Origin: Acidobacteriota bacterium
Lineage (GTDB): Bacteria > Acidobacteriota > Thermoanaerobaculia > Thermoanaerobaculales > Sulfomarinibacteraceae
Reading direction: 5' to 3'
Assembly (NCBI GenBank): GCA_015493585.1
Contig: WGCW01000044.1
Span: 2,788 to 66,787 of the forward strand
DNA length: 64,000 nucleotides
Each line of letters begins with the position of its first letter. Position 1 is the stretch's first letter. The translations under genes were made by a program, and so were the position numbers. Shown piece by piece: positions 19,380 to 28,429 of the stretch. The notes beneath the pieces are model-generated. The model ran no database searches. It was not told the origin of the DNA and saw only the letters and a program-made list of their open reading frames with translations.

Positions 19380-22259
19380 CTAGAACCGGATCTTTGCGGC
19401 GATTTGGAACTGCCGGGGGCTGCCCGAGTGGTTGAGCTTGCCGAAGTAGGGATCCAGGTAGGTGTTCGTCGCCGGGTTGTGGTTCCACCATTCGTAGCGG
19501 ACCAGCTGGGTGTTCGTTGTATACCAGTTCTCGCTGTCGAACACGTTGAACATTTCGAAGATCAGTTGGAGCTCGTAGTCTCCAGCCAGCTTGAAGTTCT
19601 TGGTCAGGCGCATGTCGACGTTGTGGAACCACGGCTGCCGGAAAGTGTTCCGGCGGTAGTGCTTGTACACACCGGGAGCGATCTCCCAGGTGGCACGGTC
19701 ACGGTAGTACCCGTCCTTGTTGAGATCCCGGCCGTCCGTTGCGGTGAACGGAAATCCCGAGCGGATCCGCACGATCGTCGAGAAGATAAAACCGTAGGGC
19801 AGTTGGAAGGTAGCCGAAGCGACGAAGCGGTGCTTGACGTCAAAGTTGGACGGACCCCAATCGGCACCGATGTTGTACTGATCCTCGGCGAGGCCAGAGC
19901 TCGACGACGAGACCGAACGCTCATTCGAGTCCTCATCGCGGGAACGTGAGTAGGTGTAGGAGGCGTTGAGCATCCAGCCGTTGGAGAACCGCTTGTTGGC
20001 CTTGATAATGATCGCCTTGTAGTTGGCCTTCGCGTCGGACTTGAACATCAGGATTTTCGTGAAGTCTGGGTAGTTGGGGTGCGCGTACGACGAAATGTAC
20101 GTCGGACGCCCGTCGATCGTTGTCCCACCGTCCGGAGCGATGTTCTGGTCCTGCTTGCGTTCGAGCTTCCGCGTCTTCGAGTAGACGAGATCGACGCCGA
20201 GTGAAAAGTCCGGAGCGACTTCGGCCTCATACCCTAGCGATGCGCGCCAGGTCTCTGGATTTTCAAAGTTCGGGTCGTAGACGAAGATGGAGGGCCTGGA
20301 CACGGGCAGATCGCCGAGCGAACCAAACCGGTTCGGCCACTGGGGACACTCGTCATAACGGCAGTTGAGATCGGCCCGGACGACCCGGACGCCGTTCGTC
20401 AGCATAGCGTTGGCATCGAGCAGGGTCGGGACGTTGTCGTAGAACATGCCAATACCGCCGCGCAGGACCTGCTTCCCATCGCCATTGATATCCCACGCAA
20501 ACCCCGCACGCGGCGCGATGTTATTCGTATCGTCGGGGATCTGGCCGGTCAGCGGGAAGTTCGGATTGGTTTCCTTCGGATCCGGATGATCCTCGAGATC
20601 GTAGCGGACACCGTAAGTCAGAGTCACATTTGGCGTTACCTGCCACTCGTCCTGCACGTACGCCCCGTAGTACTTCGTGTTGAACTCGACGGTGCCGTTG
20701 TACGGCGAAAACGCCTGTGTGTACCGGTAGACGTTGTCGTTAAAGAAATCGTTCCAAGAACGGAAGTAGTACTGTCCGCCCCCGAAGCGGAAGAAGCCGT
20801 CATCGTACCTGACGAAGTTGTAGTTGATCCCGGCTTTCAATGTGTGTTGGCCAACGTAGTAGGTGAAGTTGTCCTTGATCTGCGTCCGGTTCTCATTCAG
20901 GTAGTTCGGGAGGAAGTTGTTCTGTCCGAACGTAGCATCGTAATGGCTCCCAATCCGGACCTCCGGGATTGACGTTACGTTGGCCTCGCGCGGCCGCTTC
21001 TCCCACGCGTACTGAACGATCAGCTCGTTGAACGTGTTGTCACCAAGAACCGAGTTGAGGTTGGCAACGGCGGAGTTGAAGAAGTTTCTCTCGTATCCGT
21101 TGTTCGACCAGCCGGACGTGTCATAGTTGTTCGTCAGGTTCTCGCCATCCTCGTAGTTGTAGTTGTCCCGGAAGGTCAACAGGTGATTGTTGCTGATCTG
21201 CCAATCGAGCTTGATGAGGATGGCGTCAGCATCATTCGTCTGTTTGACGTTGCCGATTTCCTTCGAATAGTTGAGCCCGGTCAGGGCTTCCCAGTCCGCG
21301 ACGCGCCCGGACGGGAAATGCCGGAAATAGCGCAGGGTTGGCTGATCGAGCCGCTGGCCGTCATAGGAAAAGAAGTAGTGCAGCTTGTCCTTGATGATCG
21401 GGCCGCCGACGGCCGCACCGAACTGACGCCGGACGAAGTTGGACCCGCCCCGGTGGTCGGCGTAATCACCGACGAAGCTCTCGGGCCGGTAGTAGAAGAA
21501 CGCCTCGCCCTTGAGCTGGTTGGTTCCAGACTTCGTGATCGCGTTGATGACGCCGCCCGATGCGTTGTACTGCACACTGTAGGCCGACGACACGACCTGG
21601 AACTCCTTGATCGCCGCCTGAGAAAACGTGAATGGGGGACGGGTGCCACCGCGCTCCTCGCCGAAGAACGACGACTGATCATTGGCGCCGTCAACGTTGA
21701 ACGAGTTGTGAATACCTTTGGCGCCCTCGATGTGGGTTCTTCCAACACTGTCGGGAACCGCCGCCGGAGTCAGGGCGATGAAGTCGAGGAAATTACGGCC
21801 GTTGAGGGGCAAATTCTCGATCTGGTTACTTGTCACGGTTGACGTAATATTGGCGCTCGATGTGTCAACGACGGGCGCCTGGGCCGTGACAACGATCTCC
21901 TCCTTGACGGAGGAAATCTTGAGCTTGAAATCGATGCTGACCGCAGATCCGAGGGATACGGCCACACCCTTCTTGATCTCGGACTTGAAGCCGTTCATGT
22001 CGACCCGGATGTCGTAGGTCCCGGATGGCAGGAAGTCCAGCCGGTACAGGCCATCTTTGCTGGTGACCGTCCGCCGGAAAAAGCCGGTCGCTTCATTGGT
22101 TGCCGTCACGGTTGCGCCCGGGAGCGCCCCTCCATTCGGATCCGTCACCAGCCCTTGCAACTGGCCGGTCGCGGAGTTGGACTGGGCATGACCCGCCAAC
22201 GGGACCAGCACAAATGCAACGGCAATCAGCCACACAAGACTCCTCTTCATATGAAACAT
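19380..22259 (-). CDS. TonB-dependent receptor, Oar-like, with N-terminal carboxypeptidase-regulatory-like domain
   Basis: Signal peptide; G.V.DPNGGALPGATVT; LPLNGRNF; GGVINAITKSGTN; YVQDEWQV; C-terminal PRQFQIAAKIRF with terminal Phe. Confidence 0.92.
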   Translation of the reverse strand: MFHMKRSLVWLIAVAFVLVPLAGHAQSNSATGQLQGLVTDPNGGALPGATVTATNEATGFFRRTVTSKDGLYRLDFLPSGTYDIRVDMNGFKSEIKKGVAVSLGSAVSIDFKLKISSVKEEIVVTAQAPVVDTSSANITSTVTSNQIENLPLNGRNFLDFIALTPAAVPDSVGRTHIEGAKGIHNSFNVDGANDQSSFFGEERGGTRPPFTFSQAAIKEFQVVSSAYSVQYNASGGVINAITKSGTNQLKGEAFFYYRPESFVGDYADHRGGSNFVRRQFGAAVGGPIIKDKLHYFFSYDGQRLDQPTLRYFRHFPSGRVADWEALTGLNYSKEIGNVKQTNDADAILIKLDWQISNNHLLTFRDNYNYEDGENLTNNYDTSGWSNNGYERNFFNSAVANLNSVLGDNTFNELIVQYAWEKRPREANVTSIPEVRIGSHYDATFGQNNFLPNYLNENRTQIKDNFTYYVGQHTLKAGINYNFVRYDDGFFRFGGGQYYFRSWNDFFNDNVYRYTQAFSPYNGTVEFNTKYYGAYVQDEWQVTPNVTLTYGVRYDLEDHPDPKETNPNFPLTGQIPDDTNNIAPRAGFAWDINGDGKQVLRGGIGMFYDNVPTLLDANAMLTNGVRVVRADLNCRYDECPQWPNRFGSLGDLPVSRPSIFVYDPNFENPETWRASLGYEAEVAPDFSLGVDLVYSKTRKLERKQDQNIAPDGGTTIDGRPTYISSYAHPNYPDFTKILMFKSDAKANYKAIIIKANKRFSNGWMLNASYTYSRSRDEDSNERSVSSSSSGLAEDQYNIGADWGPSNFDVKHRFVASATFQLPYGFIFSTIVRIRSGFPFTATDGRDLNKDGYYRDRATWEIAPGVYKHYRRNTFRQPWFHNVDMRLTKNFKLAGDYELQLIFEMFNVFDSENWYTTNTQLVRYEWWNHNPATNTYLDPYFGKLNHSGSPRQFQIAAKIRF

Positions 22260-22342
22260 CCTTCTTCCTCCTCCCTTGGGGAATTCCAGAATCGATTTAC
22301 CGTCTCAAGCTCCGTCCGATGATGTCGTCCCACGGGCATACT

Positions 22343-22855
22343 TTAGCGGCGATCGAGGCGGTTGACAAGGGGTGCGCGTGCCCCGGGAGAATCTTCTGGG
22401 CGCCAGGTCATAATCAGCGCGTCCTCACCGTCCCCGTAGTACCCGGGGCGACGCCCAACCTCCTGGAAATGGAGCTCTTGATACAGCGCAATCGCACCGG
22501 TATTGGAGACTCGCACCTCAAGCGTGACGCTTTCACCGGCAAACACTTCTGCATGCCTCTTGGCAAGTTCAATCAGAAACGCTGCGAGACCCCTGCGCCG
22601 GAATTCGGGCCGTGTCGCGATTTTGAGGATGTGGAGATCGAGGTATTGCCACGCGGCGAGTAGATAGGCGAGAATCTCTCCCCCCTCGCTGGTGAGCACG
22701 CGGTGAAAGCGGCCCGGCGCATAGACCTCGGCCAAGAGAAGGTGGCCGGGCCAGGGATCCGAAAAACAGATCTGTTCGAGCCGTTCCAGCGTGCGAACAT
22801 CACCGGGTGCTGGAGCCCGCACGGAGAACCGGGGTGTGGGCTGCCTCTCAGCCAC
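22343..22855 (-). CDS. rimI: Ribosomal protein alanine N-acetyltransferase RimI
   Basis: LEQICFSDPW, RRRGLA, TLEVRVSNTGAIALY, GRRPGYY..GEDALIM; downstream of tsaB; GTG start at 22855. Confidence 0.88.
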   Translation of the reverse strand: MAERQPTPRFSVRAPAPGDVRTLERLEQICFSDPWPGHLLLAEVYAPGRFHRVLTSEGGEILAYLLAAWQYLDLHILKIATRPEFRRRGLAAFLIELAKRHAEVFAGESVTLEVRVSNTGAIALYQELHFQEVGRRPGYYGDGEDALIMTWRPEDSPGARAPLVNRLDRR

Positions 22856-23474
22856 GCGGACCTCCCGCAACCGGGGGGCCCTCCACGTACCACGGTTCTG
22901 CCGGCTGGCCCGGTGCATCGCGGGCGCGCAACCGCAGGAGCGCCTCGGCGCTCGAAAGGGGGGCTTCCCCCCGGCGTGCGGGTCCAAGATCAACATCGGG
23001 TGGCGCCAGCCAGGGACCGTACGCCGCTGCATCCTGAACCTTCATGATTGTGACCGGAGCATCAGGGATGGGGACCCCATCGAGACCAAGGTGCATAGGA
23101 CGCGCATAGATTTCACCTCTGCGTCCCGGCATGGCCGTCCACACCGTTTTGCCTGTCATGGTCCGCGCGGCCTGCACACTGAGGCTGTCGTAGGCTGTTA
23201 CTGCGATGCCGGCCGCCGTGGCCAGACCGAAAGCCGTCGCAAGCCCCGCCCGGATTCCGGTGAATGAGCCGGGGCCGCGGCTGACAACGACACTATCGAG
23301 GGCGTCCGGATCCAGACCTGCATCCTCGAAGAGCAGGTCTACGGCAGCTATCAGGAGCGCTGAACGTGGCGCTCCACCCGCAAGCCGGACGAAGGATGGT
23401 GCTGGCCACTGACCGGCGATCAGGGCAACCTCCAACGTCGGGCTACACGTGAAAAGAGCGAGCACCACCGGCAT
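22848..23474 (-). CDS. tsaB: tRNA threonylcarbamoyladenosine biosynthesis protein TsaB
   Basis: VVSRGPGSFTGIRAGL, RRGEIY; canonical tsaB-rimI order. Confidence 0.9.
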   Translation of the reverse strand: MPVVLALFTCSPTLEVALIAGQWPAPSFVRLAGGAPRSALLIAAVDLLFEDAGLDPDALDSVVVSRGPGSFTGIRAGLATAFGLATAAGIAVTAYDSLSVQAARTMTGKTVWTAMPGRRGEIYARPMHLGLDGVPIPDAPVTIMKVQDAAAYGPWLAPPDVDLGPARRGEAPLSSAEALLRLRARDAPGQPAEPWYVEGPPVAGGPRG

Positions 23475-23517
23475 GTCTGGAGTGTATCAAAGGCACCCGA
23501 CCGGCGCCTCACTGGTG

Positions 23518-25344
23518 CTAGCTCGAGGCCTCGGCCTCGGGGATGTGGAGCACGTCCCCCGGGTGGATTCGGGAGGTCCGAAGTTTGTTGGCATGACGGA
23601 GCGCCCGGACAGTCGTCCGGAAGCGGCGGGCGATCTCGAAAAGTGTGTCTCCGCGGTGGACCGTGTACACGTTCCCGGATGATGTGGCGGTCGCAACGCG
23701 GCGTACACGCGTATGGCGGGACCGGAAACGTGTCGGAATGACGAGACGTTGACGGGGATGAATCAGCGAGCGGCGGCTCAGCCGATTGGCGGCACGCAGC
23801 CGGCTGACGGGCACGTCAAAGGCGCGAGCAATGTCCCACAGGGTGTCGTGCGCCTGAACGACGTAGATCTTTTCGCCGGGCCGCACCCGGATCTTCCGGC
23901 GTGAACGAGCTGCCGTGCGCCGCGTGAAGAGACCGAGCCGGGGCACGATGAGGTTCTGACCAGGGTGAATGAGATTTCGCCTCAGGCCGTTAGCTTGGCG
24001 GATCGAAGCGACGGTGGAGCCGTACCGTCTGGCGATCGTATACAGCGAATCGCCGCGGACCACCGTATGGATGAGCCGTGGAGCCCACCGCTTTCTCGGG
24101 ACGGAGTGCAGCAGCGCCTCTGCCTTGGCGCGCATGCCACGTGGGAGACGCAGCCGGGTGACCTGACGGGCCGGCGTCAGGTCGCGCCGAATGGCCGGAT
24201 TGAGTTTGCGGAGCTCGTCGAGCGGGATATGGAGTCGCGATGAGAGGAACTGGAGATCGACGGCGTCGGGAACGTCAATCGTGTCAAAGGCCCATGGTGC
24301 GGACGCTGGGGGAGCCAGGCCAAACCGGGCCGGGTCCTTCGCAACGATGACGGACGCGATGAACGCGGGGACGTAGTTCCGCGTTTCCCGTGGGAGATAC
24401 CGGCGAATCTTCCAGAAGTCGGTGCTGTGGGCCCTCCGGATCGCGCGCCGCACGTTCCCGGCCCCGGAGTTGTAGGCCGCCAGCGCCAGGTACCAGTCGC
24501 CGAACTGGCTATACAGATCGGACAAGTGGGCGATCGCCGCGTCCGTAGAGCGCTCGGGGTCCCGCCGCTCGTCGATCAGCGGAGAAACGCGCAGGCCGTA
24601 GAGCCGCCCCGTCGAGGCGATGAACTGCCACATCCCTGTGGCCCGGGCGTGAGATCTCGCGACCGGCGAGAAAGCTGATTCGATCAACGGAAGATAGGCG
24701 AGATCCTGCGGAAGGCCGGCCGCCTTCAATCGGGCACGGATCATCGGGAGGTACGCAGCACCCCGCTGGAGGCCCTTTACGATCCTCGAACGGTACTCGT
24801 TGGGATCGGTGAACATGTCGAGGTAATGCTGAACCGCGGGATTGATGACCAGCGGAAGGTCGCTCGAGGGCAGTGTCTCAGCACGGTTGGACGGCACCGG
24901 CGACGCGATGTCGGGGAGATCCGCCTGAATGATCTTCGCCATGCCGCCCGAGTCATCCGCCGTTTCGCTGTCCGGACGGCTCTCGAGCTGATCATCCAAC
25001 GATGCAGATTCTTCCAAAACCTGCGCGGCATACGTCATGTAGCGGGGGTTGACGGGATACCCGGCGGGAGGCTGAAAAATAACGGCCAGCGCCTGGTCGC
25101 TTGACGCCAGCGCGCAGGTGGTATCACCGGCTGCCGCGGCGCGGCGAGCCGCAGCGAGGAGCTGCTCGCACCGGCTCCGCGCACTGGCCTCCCACGTTGA
25201 GAACGTCTGGCGGGCCGGAGCTGCCGGGTGCGCGGCACCCCGCCGTTGTACGGGCTTCACCGATGTGCAGGCCCAGGAGATGATGAGACCGGCGGCGATG
25301 AGGCCCAACGGCCGCCAACGCCGGAGCTGGACCGGAAATCTCAC
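23518..25344 (-). CDS. mltD: MltD-like lytic transglycosylase lipoprotein with LysM repeats
   Basis: Lipobox-like SWAC; LPLIESAF, GMWQFI, LAAYNSG, ETRNYVP; LysM repeats (HTVVRGDSLYTIA, YVVQAHDTLWDIA, YTVHRGDTLFEIA). Confidence 0.9.
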   Translation of the reverse strand: MRFPVQLRRWRPLGLIAAGLIISWACTSVKPVQRRGAAHPAAPARQTFSTWEASARSRCEQLLAAARRAAAAGDTTCALASSDQALAVIFQPPAGYPVNPRYMTYAAQVLEESASLDDQLESRPDSETADDSGGMAKIIQADLPDIASPVPSNRAETLPSSDLPLVINPAVQHYLDMFTDPNEYRSRIVKGLQRGAAYLPMIRARLKAAGLPQDLAYLPLIESAFSPVARSHARATGMWQFIASTGRLYGLRVSPLIDERRDPERSTDAAIAHLSDLYSQFGDWYLALAAYNSGAGNVRRAIRRAHSTDFWKIRRYLPRETRNYVPAFIASVIVAKDPARFGLAPPASAPWAFDTIDVPDAVDLQFLSSRLHIPLDELRKLNPAIRRDLTPARQVTRLRLPRGMRAKAEALLHSVPRKRWAPRLIHTVVRGDSLYTIARRYGSTVASIRQANGLRRNLIHPGQNLIVPRLGLFTRRTAARSRRKIRVRPGEKIYVVQAHDTLWDIARAFDVPVSRLRAANRLSRRSLIHPRQRLVIPTRFRSRHTRVRRVATATSSGNVYTVHRGDTLFEIARRFRTTVRALRHANKLRTSRIHPGDVLHIPEAEASS

Positions 25345-26762
25345 GAAGAGCGCTCCAGCTTGATGGTCAGGAAAACAGCAAGCTCCTCCAGAGCTTTCGC
25401 CTTCTCGACCGGGATCTTCAGGGGTTCGAGCGTGCCGATTGTTTGACCATCACGGCCCTTGAGACGTACGGCGACCTCGATGTTCTGGAGCTTCTTGAAA
25501 ATGTCCGGCCCGAAACGCTCTGCGATCTTTCGCCGAATGGTCCGGGATCGCTCCAGCTCCCCGGCCAGCAGCGAATCCAGATCGACATCGGGAGCGCGGA
25601 ACGATGCTGGGCCCCCCTTCATCGTCGCTTGGCGGCGGAGCGTGTCGAGCTCTGCAAGGATGTCCATCTGATTGGAGACCTTGACACGCTTCATGGGAGG
25701 TGGCGCCACAGCCTCTGCGGCCGGTTCGTCAGGTTCGACCGGTTCGCTCAAGACTTCAGGTTCCTCGGCGGACCCAGGCGCCCCGGAGGGTGCTGGTTGG
25801 GATAGCACCTCCGGGGTTGCCACTTCAGCCGAGGCAGCGGTAGTCGCGTTTTCATCCACGGCCGCCGCTGGGGCAGCCGTGGGGTTCGCCTCGGTTAGCG
25901 CCTCAGGAACGGCTTCCACCGGAGCGCCGGAATCCGTGGGCGGCGCTTCGGCAGAACCAGACGACGTGGGAACGGCGCGGAGGCGGGCTCCAGCTGCCGG
26001 GCTCGCCCCCGGCGTCTCGGCCGCTGCGGCGGTGTGTGCCGGAGATTCGACAGCATCGGCAACGGCGTGGGCCAAGGAAGCCGCAGATACAGGGCGCGCC
26101 GCCGGAGGCTCAGAGAGGCGGGGACGCGTTTGCCGGGGGGGCGCCATCGCGGGTTTCTTCTGTTCGGGAGTCGTCAGGCGGCTCCGGAGCTTCTTCAAGG
26201 TCAGCTTTGTGACCTCTTTCAGCGTTTCGAACACGCCGGTTCCATTGATCGCAGACGCTTCGAAGTACGGGTGAGCACCGTCCGGATTAAGATCCGCCTG
26301 AAGCTCCTCGATCGTCAGGATGTTTTTCAGGTCACGCTTGTTGTACTGGAACACGAGCGGGATGTCGTCGAGCTTGAGGCCAAGCTCCTGCAGGTTGGTT
26401 TTCAGGTTGGCGAGGCTCTCCTGATTAGCTTCGCGCATGGGCCGCTGGGAGTCGGCTACGAACACGACTCCATCGACCCCTTTGAGCACGAGCTTCCGCG
26501 TCGTGTTGTAAAAGACCTGACCCGGAACCGTATAGAGCTGAAGGCGCGTCTTGAACCCTCCGATCGTTCCCACCTCGATCGGCAACAGGTCGAAGAAGAG
26601 GGTGCGATCGGATTCTGTCTCCAAGGAGACCATCTCGCCACGTGAGCTTGGTGATGTTTTCGCGTAGATGAAGCTGAGGTTCGTCGTCTTTCCGCACAAA
26701 CCCGGACCGTAATAAACGATCTTTGCGGCCATTTGCATGGTGGCCCAGTTGAAGAAAACCAT
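25341..26762 (-). CDS. MglA-family small GTPase with about 280 aa C-terminal extension
   Basis: KIVYYGPGLCGKTTNL, RTLFFDLLP, LYTVPGQVFY, FVADSQ, QYNKRDL; then an Ala/Pro/Glu-rich linker and a terminal folded domain. Confidence 0.88.
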   Translation of the reverse strand: MVFFNWATMQMAAKIVYYGPGLCGKTTNLSFIYAKTSPSSRGEMVSLETESDRTLFFDLLPIEVGTIGGFKTRLQLYTVPGQVFYNTTRKLVLKGVDGVVFVADSQRPMREANQESLANLKTNLQELGLKLDDIPLVFQYNKRDLKNILTIEELQADLNPDGAHPYFEASAINGTGVFETLKEVTKLTLKKLRSRLTTPEQKKPAMAPPRQTRPRLSEPPAARPVSAASLAHAVADAVESPAHTAAAAETPGASPAAGARLRAVPTSSGSAEAPPTDSGAPVEAVPEALTEANPTAAPAAAVDENATTAASAEVATPEVLSQPAPSGAPGSAEEPEVLSEPVEPDEPAAEAVAPPPMKRVKVSNQMDILAELDTLRRQATMKGGPASFRAPDVDLDSLLAGELERSRTIRRKIAERFGPDIFKKLQNIEVAVRLKGRDGQTIGTLEPLKIPVEKAKALEELAVFLTIKLERSS

Positions 26763-26803
26763 CCTACTCCCCCGGCGCTCTACGCCAGTTCATACGCTTA
26801 TGC

Positions 26804-26833
26804 AACGTAACACAGGCAGCTCAAATAGGTCAA
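26804..26833 (-). promoter_or_regulatory. Candidate sigma70 promoter of the mglA-like operon
   Basis: Minus strand TTGACC-N18-TACGTT with TG extended -10. Confidence 0.4.
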
Positions 26834-26930
26834 TCGGCGAAAGTCCGGAAGTTGTTGCGCTGTGCGCCGCTTCTTTGCGAGACCGGGAGGAAGAGGCATG
26901 AAACGCAGAGGCGCCAGGGGGCGCAGGCGC

Positions 26931-27549
26931 AGCCATCCCTCCCCTGTCATCCTGAGTCGCATCCCGGAGATGAAGCCATCCCTCCCCTGTCATCCTGAGT
27001 CGCACGCCGGAGGCATGCGGCGAAGGATCTGGGCGGAGGCGGCTCGTCACTGCGCATCTCACGCCACGCCACTCAAAACCGTCACGACCGCAGACGAACC
27101 ACTCTCTTTCCCCGCTCTCCCGGCGTTCTCATCGAGAAACTCCCTTGGGCGGCGGCAAGAGGGCATGTCTGTTTCCACGTCCGTAGCAGTTATTCAACAC
27201 TGTCCCCATCTCGTGATGAGCCATCGGGGGAACCTAACCGCAGAGAGCGCAAAGAGAACGGAGCTGCCTTCGACCTCGTACCCCGGGTTCTGTGCGTGGA
27301 TGGTCTATTCAACCCTGGCGCCAGTTCAGGTTTTTGGGCGAGGTCCTCAAGCCCGTCTTGGCCACAGAGGCGACACGGTATGGCCGGTGCATGCGAGCCC
27401 CCCGCCCAGATCCTTCGCCTCCGGCTCAGGATGACATGTGGGGGATATGACGGCTCAGGATGACATGTGGGGGATATGACGGCTCAGGATGACCAGGGAA
27501 GGGGGCATGGCTCAGGATGACCAGGGAAGGGGCATGGCCCAGGATGACA
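26931..27549. repeat. Inverted-repeat-bounded REP/REPIN-like element with tandemly amplified arms
   Basis: Left: 31-bp direct repeat AGCCATCCCTCCCCTGTCATCCTGAGTCGCA (26931-26961, 26974-27004) and GGCGAAGGATCTGGGCGG (27019-27036). Right: its exact reverse complement (27402-27419) and five tandem 27-29 bp units with core GGCYCAGGATGAC (27422-27549). Confidence 0.85.
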
Positions 27550-27755
27550 CGAGGAGCAGTCATACTGAGGAGGCGAAACCTTTCCTCTACCGTCGTTCTG
27601 AGCACCCACATGCCCCAGTGTGGGGTACCGAGACGGTGGACGAACAGGGATTCGGATGCAGTTTCTCGATGTTTTGTATGATCAGTACGTTACGTTTCTT
27701 TCTTCGACGCGACGTAATTGCTGTTAGTTGAGAGGAGGCGAAGGTTTTCCCCCAG

Positions 27756-27992
27756 TGTCATTCTGAGGAGGCGTAGCCGACGAAGAATCTGGGCGGGTGG
27801 GCGATGCTACGGATTGCACGTGGCGCCACCCAAGACCGTCACGATCGCTCACGCACGAACATCTCCTCCGCGGTCCCGGCGTTCTCAGCGAGAAATCTCC
27901 TAGATGGGTGGGGGAAAACACACGGCAGCCGCACGCTGATATTCAACACTGTCCCCATCTCGTGAAGATCTGTCTGGAGAATCTAACCGCGC
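27756..27992 (+). repeat. Diverged second copy of the left part of the 26988-27245 element
   Basis: TGTCATTCTGAG...CGAAGAATCTGGGCGG start; collinear identical blocks ACCGTCACGA, TCCCGGCGTTCTCA and TATTCAACACTGTCCCCATCTCGTGA (27191-27216 = 27940-27965). Confidence 0.8.
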
Positions 27993-28429
27993 AGGGGGCG
28001 GGGTAGGCAGAGAGAAAAGGAGCTCAGAGGCACAAGGGAGCAGAGACAGTCTGCCAGGCGGCCGATCGTGCGGGCCGCTCCGCGTGGTATCGCCGCTTCG
28101 CCCGCTTTGCAGGGCAAACCTGCGATTCCGGGGATTTCTTGTGGTGAAGCCGAAGCTAGCGCCTGCGTCTCTCTCGATCCGCGTCGGCTTTCCCGAGAGC
28201 GCGACGCCCTCTCGGAGAGGTTGTTGCACCGTGCCGTTGGGAGAGGAGAGGCCATTGAGTGGCCTGCGGCCATTCCTTTAATTCTGCGGCGCCATGGCGA
28301 GTAGTGGATGGCGGATCGCTCTGCTGGCCGCGTTTGAGACGTCAGTCCTGCTCAACTGATCTTGCTGAGCGCGCGGCGCACCGTGCCTGGGAAGTGATAC
28401 GCTCAGAGAGACGAGAGAGGAGGTGTATC

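Noticed and set aside
26862-27434. 190-aa ORF and other small ORFs across the repeat cluster
   Set aside because: Translations simply mirror the DNA repeats (VILS/CHPE); no RBS or domain evidence.
27422-27549. Short repeats with intervening sequences resembling a mini CRISPR array
   Set aside because: The core is only 13 bp, the spacers are 14-16 bp and duplicated rather than unique, and there are no cas genes; better explained as amplified REP arms.
28000-28429. Glycine riboswitch upstream of kbl
   Set aside because: Isolated GGAGAG words are present but not the full GGAGA...CCGAAG...CTCTCAGG architecture.
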